Source of the DNA: Candidatus Krumholzibacteriota bacterium
GTDB lineage: Bacteria; Krumholzibacteriota; Krumholzibacteriia; JAJRXK01
Assembly: GCA_024276305.1 (NCBI GenBank)
Contig: JAJRXK010000019.1
Coordinates: 43,294 to 107,293, forward strand
Reading direction: 5' to 3'
Length of the DNA: 64,000 nucleotides
Made by a program: the position numbers and the translations under genes
The notes under the pieces: generated by a model
The model's input: the letters and a program-made list of their open reading frames with translations, nothing else
Databases searched by the model: none
What the model was told of the DNA's origin: nothing
Shown: piece after piece, positions 36,964-47,273 of the stretch
Numbering within the stretch: position 1 is the first letter of the stretch
Layout of the letters: the number at the start of each line of letters is the position of its first letter

Positions 36964-39224
36964 CTGGATTTTCGCGCTTTCGGGTCTCACGCCGTCTTCC
37001 CTCCCGGGGAGACTCCCTCCGACGTCCCCCTCAGGACTGGATGGCGCGGCTACGACTGATTCTGGTCTGGGGTGGGCCTCCGCTCTTGCTGGTGGTGCTC
37101 CATCTGCTTCTCTTCCCTCCGCTCCGGTCGGTGGAGCGCATCCGCTTCGAGGTTGGAGACATCACCGATCAGCAGGTGAGAGCTCCCTTCGGGTTCACGG
37201 CCCCCCGGCCGGTGGAGGAGGTGGAAGAGGCCCGGCGCGTCGCAGCTCAGCGGGTGGAGCCGATCTACCGCGTGGACCAAGCCGCCATTCGCCGGAGTCG
37301 AGAGTCGGTGCAGGAGTTCTTCGATCGGGCGGCCGCCATCGCCAGCGCCGATTCGCTGACGCGGGCCGAACAGCTCAATGCTCTGCGGGAAGCGGCCCCG
37401 GCCCTTCAGCTGACGGCATCGGCGACCTTGCTCGACAGCCTTCGAGTCGAAAAAGTGCGGCGAGAAGTGGTGAAGATCGTCGACGAGATGATCGAGGCGG
37501 GAGTCGCCGATGTCACTCCGCGAGGAACCTATCAATTCGTCAGCATCGTGGATGAGGACAACAACTATCGGCGCGTGCCGGTCGGAGGCCTGATTCTGTC
37601 CTACCGGCTCACCGAGAGCCTGCGCCAGCGATTGGCGAGCCGCTTGACTCGAGCCCAGGAACGGGACGCCGCGATGGCGGTTGCGCGCTACTTCCTGTTG
37701 CCCACCCTGGAGTACGACGATGTGGCGACCACCGAACGTCGGGAGGAGGCGGTGGCCGCGGTTCCGACCGAGCGCGACTGGGCCCGGAACGAACGGATTC
37801 TCGATGCGGGAGAGCGAGTGAGCCGCGACGACGTAGCGGTACTCGAGGCCCTCGAGCAGGAACGGGTCCAGCGAGCCCTGCGATCGGATCACGGCACCCG
37901 TCGGCGGATGCTGGCCGGTCGGGCGCTCCTTCTGGCTTCGATCCTGGCGGGGCTGGTGGCGTTGGTGCGTCAGGTCGACCCCACGGTGATCTGGCAGCCA
38001 CACCGTTATCTGCTTCTCTTCCTTCTCCTGGGGATCTTCGTGGTGCTCTCCGCTCTGGGGTTGAAGAATCCCGACTGGGGGGGAGTCGCCGCAGTGCCGG
38101 TCGCACTGCTGGCGATGCTGGCGGTGATCCTCTACGGCGAGGAGTTGGCCTATCGGGTGGCCGGGGCCGCGATTCTGCTCATGCTGGCGATGCCCGAACA
38201 CCTTTCGTCCATCGCTCTGGCCTGGTCGGCCATCGCCGTCGCGTCGATCCGGTCCCTGCGTCGGGTTCGCAATCGCAACCAGTTCTATCGGGCCCTGCTC
38301 TCGGTTTCCGCCGTGGCCGCGGTGATGGTCATCGGGGTCGAATTCGCAGAGGCCAGCCCTCTGGGAGTGGCCTTTCGGCAGGTCTTGGTGGCAGTGTTCA
38401 CGGTTGCGATCTGCACTGCGCTGACTCTCTTCCTCCTGCCCTTGTTCGAGGCCCTCTTCGGAGTGACCACCGAGCTCACCCTTCTCGAGTTGAGCGATCT
38501 CAACCACCCCTTGCTGCGAAGGATGGCGCTGGAGTCGCCGGGAACCTTCCACCACAGTCAGGTCGTAGGTCTGCTGGCAGAGGCCGGAGCTCGGGCCATT
38601 CGGGCGAACCCCCTCCTCACCCGGGTGGGGGCCAACTTCCACGACATCGGCAAGATGCTCAAGCCGCGCTACTTCGCCGAGAACCAGGGCGGGACCAATC
38701 CCCACGACGAACTCCTGCCTCGGATGAGCGCATTGGTGATCGCCAGTCATGTCAAGGAGGGCATCGAACTCGGACGGGAATGGGGGCTTCCCGAGAGCGT
38801 TCTGGCCTTCATTCCCGAACATCACGGCACGAGTGTGATGCAGTTCTTCTACCGCAAGGCCCTCGAGCGCGACGACGGAGACGCGGTGAAGGTCGACGAC
38901 TTCCGCTATCCCGGGCCTCGGCCCCGCTCGCGCGAGACCGCGGTGCTGATGCTGGCCGATGGAGCCGAAGCTTCGGTTCGGAGTCTCCGGCGTCCCACCG
39001 CGAGTCGAGTGAGAGAAATGGTGCGCAAGATCATCGACTCGAAGATGGCCGAAGGGGAACTCGATGAGAGTGGCCTCACTCTGAGAGATGTCGCCCAGGT
39101 CCGAGAGGCCTTCGTACCCGTTCTTGTCGGCATTCATCACCATCGCGTCTCCTACCCCGGACAGAAGGAACACGAAGAGCAAAAGGAAAAGGAGAGTCGT
39201 GAAGCTCGAGCTCGTTCTCGATGA
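36960..39224 (+). CDS. 7TM-HD phosphohydrolase (PgpH-like, possible c-di-AMP phosphodiesterase)
   Basis: Extracellular domain, 7 TM helices, then PGTFHHS, HDIGK, EHHGT, FRYPGP and LAD motifs. Confidence 0.9.
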   Translation: MTGFSRFRVSRRLPSRGDSLRRPPQDWMARLRLILVWGGPPLLLVVLHLLLFPPLRSVERIRFEVGDITDQQVRAPFGFTAPRPVEEVEEARRVAAQRVEPIYRVDQAAIRRSRESVQEFFDRAAAIASADSLTRAEQLNALREAAPALQLTASATLLDSLRVEKVRREVVKIVDEMIEAGVADVTPRGTYQFVSIVDEDNNYRRVPVGGLILSYRLTESLRQRLASRLTRAQERDAAMAVARYFLLPTLEYDDVATTERREEAVAAVPTERDWARNERILDAGERVSRDDVAVLEALEQERVQRALRSDHGTRRRMLAGRALLLASILAGLVALVRQVDPTVIWQPHRYLLLFLLLGIFVVLSALGLKNPDWGGVAAVPVALLAMLAVILYGEELAYRVAGAAILLMLAMPEHLSSIALAWSAIAVASIRSLRRVRNRNQFYRALLSVSAVAAVMVIGVEFAEASPLGVAFRQVLVAVFTVAICTALTLFLLPLFEALFGVTTELTLLELSDLNHPLLRRMALESPGTFHHSQVVGLLAEAGARAIRANPLLTRVGANFHDIGKMLKPRYFAENQGGTNPHDELLPRMSALVIASHVKEGIELGREWGLPESVLAFIPEHHGTSVMQFFYRKALERDDGDAVKVDDFRYPGPRPRSRETAVLMLADGAEASVRSLRRPTASRVREMVRKIIDSKMAEGELDESGLTLRDVAQVREAFVPVLVGIHHHRVSYPGQKEHEEQKEKESREARARSR

Positions 39225-39729
39225 AGGCGAATGGACCTGGACTCCCCGGGCCGTGACCCTCGATCATCTGGGTGAGTTGGTCGCCGCCCTGGGGCCTTCC
39301 GATGTCAGTGTTCAGGTCGTACTCACCGGAGACGATACCCTTCGGGAGCACAACCGAGAATATCGGGGGCAGGACCGACCGACCGATGTGCTCTCCTTCT
39401 CCTACTTCGAAGGGCATGGTCCGTCGAGGGGGACCTTGCTGAAGGGAGAGGCGGTCGGGAGAGATTTCTTGGACCTTCACTATTCCGAGGAGGAGGCTCT
39501 CGCCGGTCAGGTCCTCGTGAGCTTGGATACCCTCCGGGCCCGCGGACCCGTCCACGCCCAGAATCTCGACGACGAGCTTGCCTTCATGGTCGTCCATGGG
39601 TTGCTTCATGTTCTGGGCTTCGATCACGGCACCGACGAGGAGGCGGAGGAGATGCAGGCCGAAGAGAAGGCGATCCTGCAGATCTACCATCGTATCGGAG
39701 AGAAGGAAAGGGAGGGAGATCGGAGCTGA
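39199..39729 (+). CDS. ybeY: rRNA maturation endoribonuclease YbeY
   Basis: NREYRG.D.PTDVLSF and HGLLHVLGFDH motifs. Confidence 0.92.
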   Translation: MKLELVLDEGEWTWTPRAVTLDHLGELVAALGPSDVSVQVVLTGDDTLREHNREYRGQDRPTDVLSFSYFEGHGPSRGTLLKGEAVGRDFLDLHYSEEEALAGQVLVSLDTLRARGPVHAQNLDDELAFMVVHGLLHVLGFDHGTDEEAEEMQAEEKAILQIYHRIGEKEREGDRS

Positions 39730-41036
39730 TGGAGAGTGCGTCGGTAGCAGAGGCGATGGGGGCCTCGGTGACCCTGGTCATCTGGCTGGCACTGAGCTTC
39801 TTGTGCGCGGGAGGGATCTCTTCACTCACCACCCTTCTGCGCATGCGAGCAGGGGGGTTGTTGAGTCAGGAGAGCCGCATCCCCTTCGAACGACTGTTGG
39901 AGGCGCCGCGCCCCGCTCTGCTCACCCTCACGGTGATGAACCTCATCGGAGTGGCGCTCTCTGCGGCGGCCTGGAGGGATTTCGGCGAAACGGTCCTGCC
40001 CCCCCGGGCTATCTGGCAGCTCGTCTTGTGGTGGACGGTCTATCTCTTGGTGATCGTCGTGGGTTCGGTCTCCTTCAAGGCTCTCGCCCTTTCGAGGACC
40101 CTGGCCTATCACCGAGCCTTCGGTGGGATTCATCTGGTCATCTTCCTCGTGCTGCGGCCTTTCACCTTTGCCGTGGAATGGCTCATGGACCGGATGGTTC
40201 CTTCGATCTGGAGTCTGGACCTCTCTCCGCCTCTGAGTGGGCAGGAGATCCGGGGGCTGCTGGCGGACGAAGAGGCCTCCGCCCACATGGAACCCGATGA
40301 AGTCGATTGGGCGAGGTCCATCTTCGAACTCGGCGATACCGAAATCAGCGAGATCATGGTGCCGCGCATCGATATGGTGGCTCTCGACGTGACCACGACT
40401 TTCGAGGAAGCCCTGCCCTTCGCGGCGGCTTCGCGCTTCACCCGTTTGCCCGTCTACGAGGATGGGCCGGACAAGATCCTCGGGATTCTCCATACCAAGG
40501 ATCTGCTGTCGGCTTCGGTACGGGGAGAGACGCCCACGATCCGGGAACTCATTCGTCCGGCGCATTTTCTTCCCGAGAGCAAACGCATCGACGATGCCCT
40601 AGCGGAGTTTCGGGAGGGACGGATCCATCTGGCAGTCGTGGTGGACGAGTACGGAGGGACGGCGGGCATCGTCACGCTGGAGGATATTCTCGAAGAGATC
40701 GTGGGCGAGATTCGGGACGAATTCGACCAAGAGGGTGAGCTTCTGCGGTGGGTGGACGACCACCACGTGGTCGTGGATCCACGCATCGATCTCGACGACT
40801 TCAACGAGGCTTTGGGCCTGCAGCTCCCCACCGACGACCATGACACCCTCGCCGGGCTTCTCTACCAGATGTCCGGGAAGGTTCCCTCGCGGGGCGATGT
40901 GATCGAGCGGCCGGGTCTGCGCTTCACCGTGGACCGGATCGAGGGACAGCGGATTCGCCAGGTGTCCCTCGAATCGAGCGAAGCGCTGGTGGCTCCAGTC
41001 CGCGGCTCTTTCGCGGCCGGGGAGAATGGGCGATGA
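39729..41036 (+). CDS. Hemolysin/CorC (CNNM-CBS-CorC) family protein
   Basis: TM domain, IMVPRIDM and VVDEYGGTAGIVTLEDILEEIVGEI. Confidence 0.9.
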   Translation: MESASVAEAMGASVTLVIWLALSFLCAGGISSLTTLLRMRAGGLLSQESRIPFERLLEAPRPALLTLTVMNLIGVALSAAAWRDFGETVLPPRAIWQLVLWWTVYLLVIVVGSVSFKALALSRTLAYHRAFGGIHLVIFLVLRPFTFAVEWLMDRMVPSIWSLDLSPPLSGQEIRGLLADEEASAHMEPDEVDWARSIFELGDTEISEIMVPRIDMVALDVTTTFEEALPFAAASRFTRLPVYEDGPDKILGILHTKDLLSASVRGETPTIRELIRPAHFLPESKRIDDALAEFREGRIHLAVVVDEYGGTAGIVTLEDILEEIVGEIRDEFDQEGELLRWVDDHHVVVDPRIDLDDFNEALGLQLPTDDHDTLAGLLYQMSGKVPSRGDVIERPGLRFTVDRIEGQRIRQVSLESSEALVAPVRGSFAAGENGR

Positions 41037-41680
41037 GCACCCTTCGACGGGCCTTTCTGACCGGATTGCTGGTGTTGGCGCCACTGGGGCTGACCCTCTG
41101 GGTCTTCGTCTGGTTGTTTCGGAGCATCGATGATTGGATGCGGCCGCTTCTGTCCCGGGCCCCCTATCTGAGCGCCACCCTGCCCGAGGAGGGGTTCACC
41201 GGAATCGGAGTGGTCACCGCGATCCTGCTGGTCATTCTGGTCGGCGTATTCGCGAACAACCTGCTGGGAAAGGCATTCTTCGGGGGACTGGACCGGATCA
41301 TCAATCGAATCCCCTGGATCAAGGGAGTCTACGGCGCGGCCAAGGAGATCAGTGGAGTGGTCTTCGTGGAAGAGGGGAGCGCCTTCCGCCAGGTGATCAT
41401 CTTCGAGTACCCGCGGCGCGGTCTCTACTCCATCGGCTTCGTCACTTTCGAGTCCGAGGAGGAAGAAGACGAGAGCGATCTCTATCATGTCTTTCTGCCC
41501 ACGACCCCCAATCCCACCAGTGGTTACTTCTTGATGGTGCCGCGTGGGGATGCGAAGGTCTTGCCGATCACGGTCGAACACGGGCTGAAGCTCATCGTCT
41601 CGGCCGGCTCAGTGGTGGCGGAGGAGGACCTGGAAGCTCTGCATCGGGCCGCACACGACCTCGGCGGCCACCGCTCCTGA
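41033..41680 (+). CDS. DUF502 family membrane protein
   Basis: FLTGLLV..PL..T, RIP and VFLPTTPNPTSG motifs. Confidence 0.88.
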   Translation: MSTLRRAFLTGLLVLAPLGLTLWVFVWLFRSIDDWMRPLLSRAPYLSATLPEEGFTGIGVVTAILLVILVGVFANNLLGKAFFGGLDRIINRIPWIKGVYGAAKEISGVVFVEEGSAFRQVIIFEYPRRGLYSIGFVTFESEEEEDESDLYHVFLPTTPNPTSGYFLMVPRGDAKVLPITVEHGLKLIVSAGSVVAEEDLEALHRAAHDLGGHRS

Positions 41681-41721
41681 TCGTCTCGCAACGAAGATCC
41701 CCGTCCCACGGGAGGTGAGAG

Positions 41722-43083
41722 GTGGAGCAGCAACTCGAGCAGCTGTACGCGCGGGCCCGGACCCACCTCGATGCAGGTGAAGTGGCCGCGGTGGCAGAAC
41801 TCCTCGCCGAAGAGCACCCCTCCCTCATTGCCGATCTCTTCCGGAGTCTGGAAGCGGAGGAGCGGGTCGCCTTGGTTCGGGCCCTCGACGCGCCCTTGGC
41901 CGCATCGGTGCTCTGCGAGATCGACGATCGAGGCAACGAAGAAGTGCTCTCGGTCCTCGAGGATGGCGAAGTCGTCGAACTTCTCGACCACCTGCCATCC
42001 GATGACGCGGCCGACTTGGTCGCGCACATCGATCCCGAAGCGCGGCCTCGGATCCTGGATCTTCTCGACCGAGTCGATCACCAGGACGCGGTGGAGCTCA
42101 AGGAGCTCTTGCGCTATCCGGAGGACAGCGCGGGTGGCCTCATGGCCAAGGAGTATCTGTCGGTCCGCGAGGACCAGTCGATCTCCGCCGTCTTGCCCGC
42201 TCTGCGGCAGCTCGAGGACGAAGAGCTCTCTTCCATGCAGGTCTGCTTCGTGGTCGATCGCGACCACCGATTGGTGGGACAGATTCCCCTACTGCGACTG
42301 TTGTTGAGCGACCGGGGTCGCAAGGCTCACGAGGTGATGGAGGCCGACCCGCTGGTGGCCCATGTCGACGACGATCAGGAGGAGGTGGCCAACCTCTTTC
42401 TCTCCCAGGACTTGCTCTCCTTGCCGATCGTCGATCATTCCGGACGCTTGGTGGGACGGATCACCGTCGACGACGCGATGGACGTCCTCTCCGAAGAGGC
42501 CACCGAGGATCTGGCCAGAATGGCAGGGTCGAGCGCGGTCGAGTTGGGAGAAACCTCCACCTGGCGGATCTCACGGGCTCGTCTGCCGTGGCTGGTCCTG
42601 GGGCTCTGCGGCGAGCTGATCGCGGCCTTCGTGCTCTCGCACTTCGAGCGCAACCTCCAGGATCGGGTGATCCTGGCCTTTTTCATTCCTCTCATCGTAG
42701 CCACCGGAGGGAACACCGGGATCCAGACCAGCGCCATCATGATTCGCCGCTTGGTGATGCGGGAATTCGACACCTTTCGGGCCGGACGGGCGTTGGCGCG
42801 AGAGTTCTCGGTGAGCCTGGTGAACGGGGCTCTGCTGGGAGCGACGATGGTGGTGGTTCTCTACGTCTGGCAGGGGCAGATCGACGTCGGAATCGTCATC
42901 GGTCTGACCCTGATGACGGTGGTGTTTCTGGCCACTCTGACCGGGAGTGCGGTTCCCCTCCTCCTCGACCGCATGGGGATCGATCCCACCGTGGCCACCG
43001 GTCCCTTCATCACGACGACCAACGATGTCATCGGGCTTCTGGTCTATCTCGGCATCGCCCACTGGCTCCTGACGCCGAGTTGA
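41722..43083 (+). CDS. mgtE: Magnesium transporter MgtE
   Basis: YPEDSAGGLM, CBS pair, RLPWL, GGNTGIQ and DP.VATGPFITT.ND. Confidence 0.95.
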   Translation: MEQQLEQLYARARTHLDAGEVAAVAELLAEEHPSLIADLFRSLEAEERVALVRALDAPLAASVLCEIDDRGNEEVLSVLEDGEVVELLDHLPSDDAADLVAHIDPEARPRILDLLDRVDHQDAVELKELLRYPEDSAGGLMAKEYLSVREDQSISAVLPALRQLEDEELSSMQVCFVVDRDHRLVGQIPLLRLLLSDRGRKAHEVMEADPLVAHVDDDQEEVANLFLSQDLLSLPIVDHSGRLVGRITVDDAMDVLSEEATEDLARMAGSSAVELGETSTWRISRARLPWLVLGLCGELIAAFVLSHFERNLQDRVILAFFIPLIVATGGNTGIQTSAIMIRRLVMREFDTFRAGRALAREFSVSLVNGALLGATMVVVLYVWQGQIDVGIVIGLTLMTVVFLATLTGSAVPLLLDRMGIDPTVATGPFITTTNDVIGLLVYLGIAHWLLTPS

Positions 43084-43086
43084 CCC

Positions 43087-43884
43087 ATGAGCACCGGTCC
43101 CGTACGCGATGAAGTCCTGGTTCTGCGTTGCATCGCATTGGGCGAGAGCTCCAAGATCGTCAGCGCCCTCTCCGGGGAGTGGGGCAAGGTCAGATTGGTG
43201 GCCAAGGGAGCGCGATCGCTCCGGTCGAAGATGGCGAGCCTGCTCGAGGTGGGGAACGAGATCGAGGTCGTATTCTATCCCCGCGAGGGCCGGGAACTCT
43301 GGACCCTCTCGGATGCTGCACTGCGCCGGGCCGCCTTGACGGGCGCCAACAGCCTCGATAAGCTGTCCCACCTCTTCGCAGCTCTGGAGCTTGGAGACCG
43401 GCTCCTTCCCGATTTCGAAGGGGCTGCGGAGTACGAACCCATTTTCCGCCGCTTCCTGGATTTGTGGCATGCGGGCGAGGACGCCGAGATGGCCTCGCTC
43501 TTTTTTGCGCTCGAACTCCGGATGCTCGACGGCAGCGGATGGGGGGTCGATCCCGGTTCCTGCGCTCAATGCGGCAAGGCTCTGTGCGAGATCGGGGCTC
43601 GGTGGTCGGCGGCCGAGGGACGTCTGGAGTGCTCGCAATGCGCGCAGCTCGGAGGTCGTCGGATCGCCCCGGAGGTGATCGCAGCTCTGATGGCGGTCGA
43701 TGCGGTCGATTTCTCGGAGAGGGTTTCCGGGGCACGAGGAGTGGAGCTGACGGCGGACCAGCGGCGCGGGGTGGGGCGACTGTTGCACGAACACATGGGC
43801 TACCATTTGCCGCACTACCGTTTGCCGAAGTCTCTCTACTGGCTGCAGGCATCCACGGGCGACGGCGTGGCGGAGGCGCGATGA
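43087..43884 (+). CDS. recO: DNA repair protein RecO
   Basis: GESSKIV..GKV..VAKGAR; CxxC...CxxC zinc finger; located before glyQ. Confidence 0.88.
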   Translation: MSTGPVRDEVLVLRCIALGESSKIVSALSGEWGKVRLVAKGARSLRSKMASLLEVGNEIEVVFYPREGRELWTLSDAALRRAALTGANSLDKLSHLFAALELGDRLLPDFEGAAEYEPIFRRFLDLWHAGEDAEMASLFFALELRMLDGSGWGVDPGSCAQCGKALCEIGARWSAAEGRLECSQCAQLGGRRIAPEVIAALMAVDAVDFSERVSGARGVELTADQRRGVGRLLHEHMGYHLPHYRLPKSLYWLQASTGDGVAEAR

Positions 43885-44771
43885 ATTACCAAGAGATGAT
43901 CCACCAGCTCCAGGGTTTCTGGATGCGTCATGGTTGCGTGATCTCGCAGCCCTACAACTCCGAAGTCGGAGCGGGGACCTTCAATCCCAACACCTTTCTG
44001 CGATGCTTGGGGCCCGAACCGTGGAAGGTGGCCTATGTGGAGCCCAGCAAGCGGCCCAAGGACGGGCGCTACGGAGAGAATCCCAATCGGGTCCACCAAT
44101 TCCTACAGTATCAGGTGTTGCTCAAGCCCGCGCCCGAGGATGTGCAGGACCTCTATCTCGCGAGTCTGCGCGAGATCGGATTCGACCCGGCGGACCACGA
44201 CATTCGTTTCGTGGAGGATGATTGGGAGTCCCCGACCCTGGGTGCGGCCGGCCTGGGCTGGGAAGTGTGGCTCGATGGCATGGAGGTGACCCAGTTCACC
44301 TATTTTCAGCAGGCGGGGGGAATCGAACTCGAGGTGGTGAGCTGCGAGATCACCTACGGACTCCTGAGGCTGGCCATGTTTCGCCAGGATTGCGACCACG
44401 TGATGGATCTGGACTGGGGGGGAGGTCTGCGCTGGGGCGAGATTAACGGTCAGAGCGAGCGCGAGTTCAGCGAGTTCAATTTCAAAGCGGCCCAGCCCGA
44501 GCTCTACTTTCGGTGGTTCGAGGAGCGGGAAAAGGAGGCCGAGGCTCTGTTGCGGGCGGGGTTGGTCTTCCCCGGCTATGACGCAGTGTGCAAGTGCAGT
44601 CATTACTTCAATGTTCTCGAGGCGCGGGGAGCGATCAGCGTCACCGAACGAACGGGATACATTGGCCGCGTACGCCGCTTGGCCCGGATGGCGGCCAAAG
44701 CCTACGTGACGAAGCGCGAAGAGATGGGATGGCCGATGCTGGCGGAGGGGGATGGTCGTGAAGAAGGTTGA
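43881..44771 (+). CDS. glyQ: Glycine--tRNA ligase alpha subunit
   Basis: [27 protein letters not shown] and [12 protein letters not shown] motifs. Confidence 0.97.
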   Translation: MNYQEMIHQLQGFWMRHGCVISQPYNSEVGAGTFNPNTFLRCLGPEPWKVAYVEPSKRPKDGRYGENPNRVHQFLQYQVLLKPAPEDVQDLYLASLREIGFDPADHDIRFVEDDWESPTLGAAGLGWEVWLDGMEVTQFTYFQQAGGIELEVVSCEITYGLLRLAMFRQDCDHVMDLDWGGGLRWGEINGQSEREFSEFNFKAAQPELYFRWFEEREKEAEALLRAGLVFPGYDAVCKCSHYFNVLEARGAISVTERTGYIGRVRRLARMAAKAYVTKREEMGWPMLAEGDGREEG

Positions 44772-46956
44772 TCTGCTGGTCGAGATCGGCAGCGAAGAGA
44801 TCCCGGCCAGTTATGTGGGCCCCGCGGTGGCCGCGCTCCGGGATCGAGTGGTCGAGTGGATGGAATCCTCCAACCTTTCTCATGACCCCGAGCGGGTGGA
44901 GACCTTCGCGACTCCTCGGCGTTTGGCGGTGCGGGTGGGGGGACTCGGTTCGGAGCAGGCCACGCGAGAGGAAACTCGTTTGGGCCCGGCGGTGAAGGCC
45001 GCCTTCGATCCCTCGGGCAATCCCACTGCGGCGGCTCTGGGTTTCGCCCGCGGAGCGGGCGTCGCGGTGGGAGACCTGCAACGGGTGGAGACCGATCGCG
45101 GCGAGCGTATCGCAGCCCTGGTCCGGACGGGGGGCAAGAGCGCTCGCGACCTGCTGCTGGCCGATGGACTCCTCGAGAAGTGGACCCGTCTGCCGTTTCC
45201 CAAGACCATGCGGTGGATTCCCGGCGACGATTTTCGCTATGCTCGGCCGATCCGATGGGTCGTGCTTCTCTTGGGAGAGGAGGCCGTCCCGGCTCGGCTG
45301 CGGCACTTGACCGCGGGCGCTCTCAGCCGCGGACATCGGACCCTGGCCCCGGGAGAGGTCGAGATCCGCCGACCTTCGGATTACGAGAGGAAGCTGGCCG
45401 AGCACCACGTGGTGGTCCGTGTCGAGGAGCGGCAGTCTCGGATCGAGTCCGGGGCCCACCGTCTGGCAGAGAGTCTGGGGGGACGCCTTCACGAGGACCC
45501 TGCGCTGGTCGAGGAGGTCACTCACCTCACCGAGCATCCCCAGCCTCTCTCCGGCAGCTTCGATCCCGAGCTGGTGAAGACCCTCCCCGCCGAAGTCATC
45601 ATCACCGCGATGCGTTCCCATCAGCGCTACTTCAGCGTCGAGGACGCTGCGGGCGGATTGCTGCCGGTCTTCATCACCTTTCGAGATGGGGGCGACACCG
45701 GTCTCGAGAGGGTTGCTCAGGGCAACGAGAGGGTCCTGCGCGCGCGCCTCGACGATGCCCTCTTCTACTGGAATGAAGACTGTAGCCGCAGCAGCGACGA
45801 GAAGCTGGAGGACCTCGAGCGGGTGGTGTGGCTGGAGGGTCTCGGGAGCGTGGCCGACAAGTGTCGGCGGATCGCGAAACTGGCGGAGGCACTTCGAGAG
45901 GAATGGGGTCTGGAGGGCGTGGATCCGACCCAGCTCCACCGGGCGGCCCTTCTCTCCAAGAGCGACCTCGCCACGGAGATGATCCGTGACGGCAAGGAGT
46001 TCACCAAGCTACAGGGGATCATGGGCCGCTACTATGCCCTCGAAGCGGGGGAGTTGGAGGAAGTGGCGGACGCCATCGCCGAGCATCTCTATCCGAAGCA
46101 TGCCCGGGATCGCCTTCCGCTGGGAGAGCTGGCGATGCTGGTGGGACTGGCCGACCGATTCGACAGCATCGCGGGTTCGTTGTTGGCCGGTTTCGCCCCC
46201 ACCGGAAGTCAGGACCCCTATGCGCTCCGCAGACAGAGCCTGGCCATCCTGAGAATGCTGATCGAGAGAGAGAGGCATCTCGACCTCGAGGTGTGGCTCG
46301 ACCGCAGTCTGGAGGGATTCGAGGCGGAGGAGGACGCCCGGGAAGTGGCTCGGACTCAGGGACTGGACCTCTTCGGGGGACGGATCGAGTCGATGTTGGA
46401 GGACCTTCCGGTCGAGATCGTGCGCGGGATCCTCGCAGTCCGCCGCGCCGATCCTCTGGCGATCGTTGGAGCGGCCCGAAGCCTGAGCGAATTGGCGGGG
46501 TCGGATTCTTTCCAGAGTCTTCTCGCCGGGGCCAAACGCTGCCGGAATCTGCTCCTGAAGGAGAAGCGCCTCGAGGAAGAGGCATGTGAGGCCCCTCGTC
46601 GGCCCGCCCGGTTGAGGAAACTTGCGGCCGAGACCTTCCAACGGTGGTTCGACCACGTCCAGAACGGAGCTGCTCTGAGCTTCGAGGCTGCCTCCTTCCA
46701 GGATCCGGCCGAGGAGAAGCTCTACTCGGCCGTGGTGGCGGCGGTGCCCGAGCTCCACGAGGCCTTCGAAAGCGACGATGCGACCGCGGCCTATCGGGTG
46801 CTCTCCTCCCTCGGCCCGACCATCGACGAGTATTTCGAGACGGTATTGGTGAACGCGCCCGATCCGGGCCTTCGGAACAATCGCCTGGGTTTTCTCCAGG
46901 ACCTTCACTATTTGTTCGTGTTCTGGGCCGACCTCGCGTCGATCCCCTCGGCCTGA
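44752..46956 (+). CDS. glyS: Glycine--tRNA ligase beta subunit
   Basis: [35 protein letters not shown] and [10 protein letters not shown] motifs. Confidence 0.96.
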   Translation: MVVKKVDLLVEIGSEEIPASYVGPAVAALRDRVVEWMESSNLSHDPERVETFATPRRLAVRVGGLGSEQATREETRLGPAVKAAFDPSGNPTAAALGFARGAGVAVGDLQRVETDRGERIAALVRTGGKSARDLLLADGLLEKWTRLPFPKTMRWIPGDDFRYARPIRWVVLLLGEEAVPARLRHLTAGALSRGHRTLAPGEVEIRRPSDYERKLAEHHVVVRVEERQSRIESGAHRLAESLGGRLHEDPALVEEVTHLTEHPQPLSGSFDPELVKTLPAEVIITAMRSHQRYFSVEDAAGGLLPVFITFRDGGDTGLERVAQGNERVLRARLDDALFYWNEDCSRSSDEKLEDLERVVWLEGLGSVADKCRRIAKLAEALREEWGLEGVDPTQLHRAALLSKSDLATEMIRDGKEFTKLQGIMGRYYALEAGELEEVADAIAEHLYPKHARDRLPLGELAMLVGLADRFDSIAGSLLAGFAPTGSQDPYALRRQSLAILRMLIERERHLDLEVWLDRSLEGFEAEEDAREVARTQGLDLFGGRIESMLEDLPVEIVRGILAVRRADPLAIVGAARSLSELAGSDSFQSLLAGAKRCRNLLLKEKRLEEEACEAPRRPARLRKLAAETFQRWFDHVQNGAALSFEAASFQDPAEEKLYSAVVAAVPELHEAFESDDATAAYRVLSSLGPTIDEYFETVLVNAPDPGLRNNRLGFLQDLHYLFVFWADLASIPSA

Positions 46957-46969
46957 CCGCCGGCCTCGG

Positions 46970-46999
46970 TTGACACGGAGAGTCCGCATCGGCTAGCAT
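46970..46999 (+). promoter_or_regulatory. Sigma70-type promoter preceding a ~270-nt leader
   Basis: TTGACA-N18-TAGCAT. Confidence 0.5.
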
Positions 47000-47273
47000 G
47001 GCGACTGCGACTCATGGTAAGTAGCACATGGGATTCTGTGTTTGCGGAACACGACTTCCCTCTTTCCGGTGAATCCAAATTCTCGACGCCGAAACGATGG
47101 GCCTTGCGAGGCTCGGAGTTTCTAACCGGCCTGGGGACACGGGGTGCTTGCACTCCCGGACAACCAGGACAACCCGTGCCAACTGCCACCCCGTATGTCG
47201 ATCTCACCTTCGCCGGTGTTTCGGCATAAGTCTTTCACATCTTCGCCATCTACAAACGATGGGGGGACAAAGC

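Noticed and set aside
47080-47230. c-di-GMP or other known riboswitch in the surface-protein leader
   Set aside because: Structured, but the consensus nucleotides of riboswitch classes I can recognise are absent.
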